Positions 63,501-64,000 of a stretch of DNA of 64,000 nucleotides are shown here, piece by piece. Numbering within the stretch: the stretch's first letter is position 1; the number at the start of each line of letters is the position of its first letter. A program made the translations under genes and the position numbers. The notes beneath the pieces were generated by a model. It made no database searches. It was not told the DNA's origin and saw only the letters and a list, made by a program, of their open reading frames with translations. The DNA is from Polyangia bacterium (GTDB lineage Bacteria; Myxococcota_A; Polyangia; Polyangiales; Polyangiaceae): NCBI GenBank assembly GCA_030426145.1, contig JAUHZF010000008.1:819-64818 (forward strand), written 5' to 3'.

Positions 63501-64000
63501 TCAGCCCTTGGCGTCTTCGAGCTCGCCCTTGGCCTCTTGTACCTCTTCGTCGGCCTCGGCGCGCGCCTGCTTCGCTTCGGCGAGGTCGGATTCTTCTTCG
63601 GCGAGCTGCTTCTCGAACTCGGCCTCGCGCTGCTCGAAGGTCGGGCCCGACCCACCTTGGGCCCGCAGCTTTGCGAGCTCGGTCTTGGCCACTTCGACGC
63701 GCCACGCCTTCTCCGCCTCTTCGTGGGCGGCCTTCTTCGCCTTTAGCGTCACCTTGGCGAGGTCGCGTGACTTCTTGGCCACCTCGAGCGCCTTCTCCTT
63801 GGCGTCCACGGTGCCCTCGGCCTCTCCGACCTTGGATGCCTGATCAGCGCCGGCCTTGGTCTCCTCGAGCTCGAGCGCAGCCTTGGCGACGTCGAGCTGG
63901 CCCTCCTGGACCTCGACCTGGTTCTCGGCCTTCTCCAGCTCGACCTCGGCCGCGTCGGCGTCGGCCTGGGCGTTGTCCGCCTTCTTGCGGGCTTCGTCGG
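63501..64000 (-). CDS. Coiled-coil protein of unknown function; the N-terminus lies beyond the window
   Basis: The frame stays open to the window end. My translation is ...DEARKKADNAQADADAAEVELEKAENQVEVQEGQLDVAKAALELEETKAGADQASKVGEAEGTVDAKEKALEVAKK..., Ala/Glu/Lys heptad-like. Confidence 0.6.
   Translation of the reverse strand, partial: DEARKKADNAQADADAAEVELEKAENQVEVQEGQLDVAKAALELEETKAGADQASKVGEAEGTVDAKEKALEVAKKSRDLAKVTLKAKKAAHEEAEKAWRVEVAKTELAKLRAQGGSGPTFEQREAEFEKQLAEEESDLAEAKQARAEADEEVQEAKGELEDAKG

Overview
High-GC bacterial chromosomal segment. Its content and style (many lipoproteins, FGE/SUMF1-type lipoproteins, DUF2169 and TIGR02270-like genes, Gly-rich low-complexity proteins, dense ATGA/GTGA start-stop overlaps) suggest a myxobacterium; that assignment is inference only. 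I support about 57 CDS (two are cut by the window edges), several intergenic tandem or structured repeats, and one AT-rich control region. I recognised no rRNA, tRNA, CRISPR array, transposase or integrase. Most long ORFs in the track that are Arg/Gly/His-rich and poor in Lys, Ile, Asn, Phe and Tyr are antisense shadows of real genes. Clear housekeeping genes are rarA, yggS, thyA-folA, mutM, ugd, rfbC, rarD plus a LysR regulator, a LeuA-family synthase, a Rieske oxygenase and an NfeD-flotillin-flotillin operon. The main item is at 12.6-28.5 kb. It is an orphan type VI secretion spike/cargo island: three divergent vgrG genes in tandem, then DUF2169, a PAAR-like DUF4150 protein, a small candidate PD-(D/E)xK toxin and two candidate immunity genes. 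No core tss or hcp genes are in the window. A five-gene operon is transcribed divergently from the island. It contains a ~45-aa helical module present three times, a small protein whose C-terminus resembles the VgrG beta-helix end, a thiolase-fold protein that has lost all three KAS catalytic residues, and a 918-aa HEAT-like/Pro-rich protein. I consider this operon a plausible undescribed accessory system for the spike. Four further points of interest follow. (1) An ABC-HlyD-TolC type I exporter whose ABC nucleotide-binding domain lacks the catalytic Glu, the H-loop His and a canonical signature motif; it sits opposite a wHTH-sigma factor pair across an AT-rich region with paired CGAATTCG palindromes. 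(2) A second DUF2169 gene with a ribbon-helix-helix-like tail. (3) Three tandem lipoproteins sharing an invariant CGFNPQPEPP motif. (4) Two loci of highly structured non-coding tandem repeats, at 43.3-43.9 kb and 62.0-62.7 kb. All family assignments come from reading motifs by eye; no database search was run.
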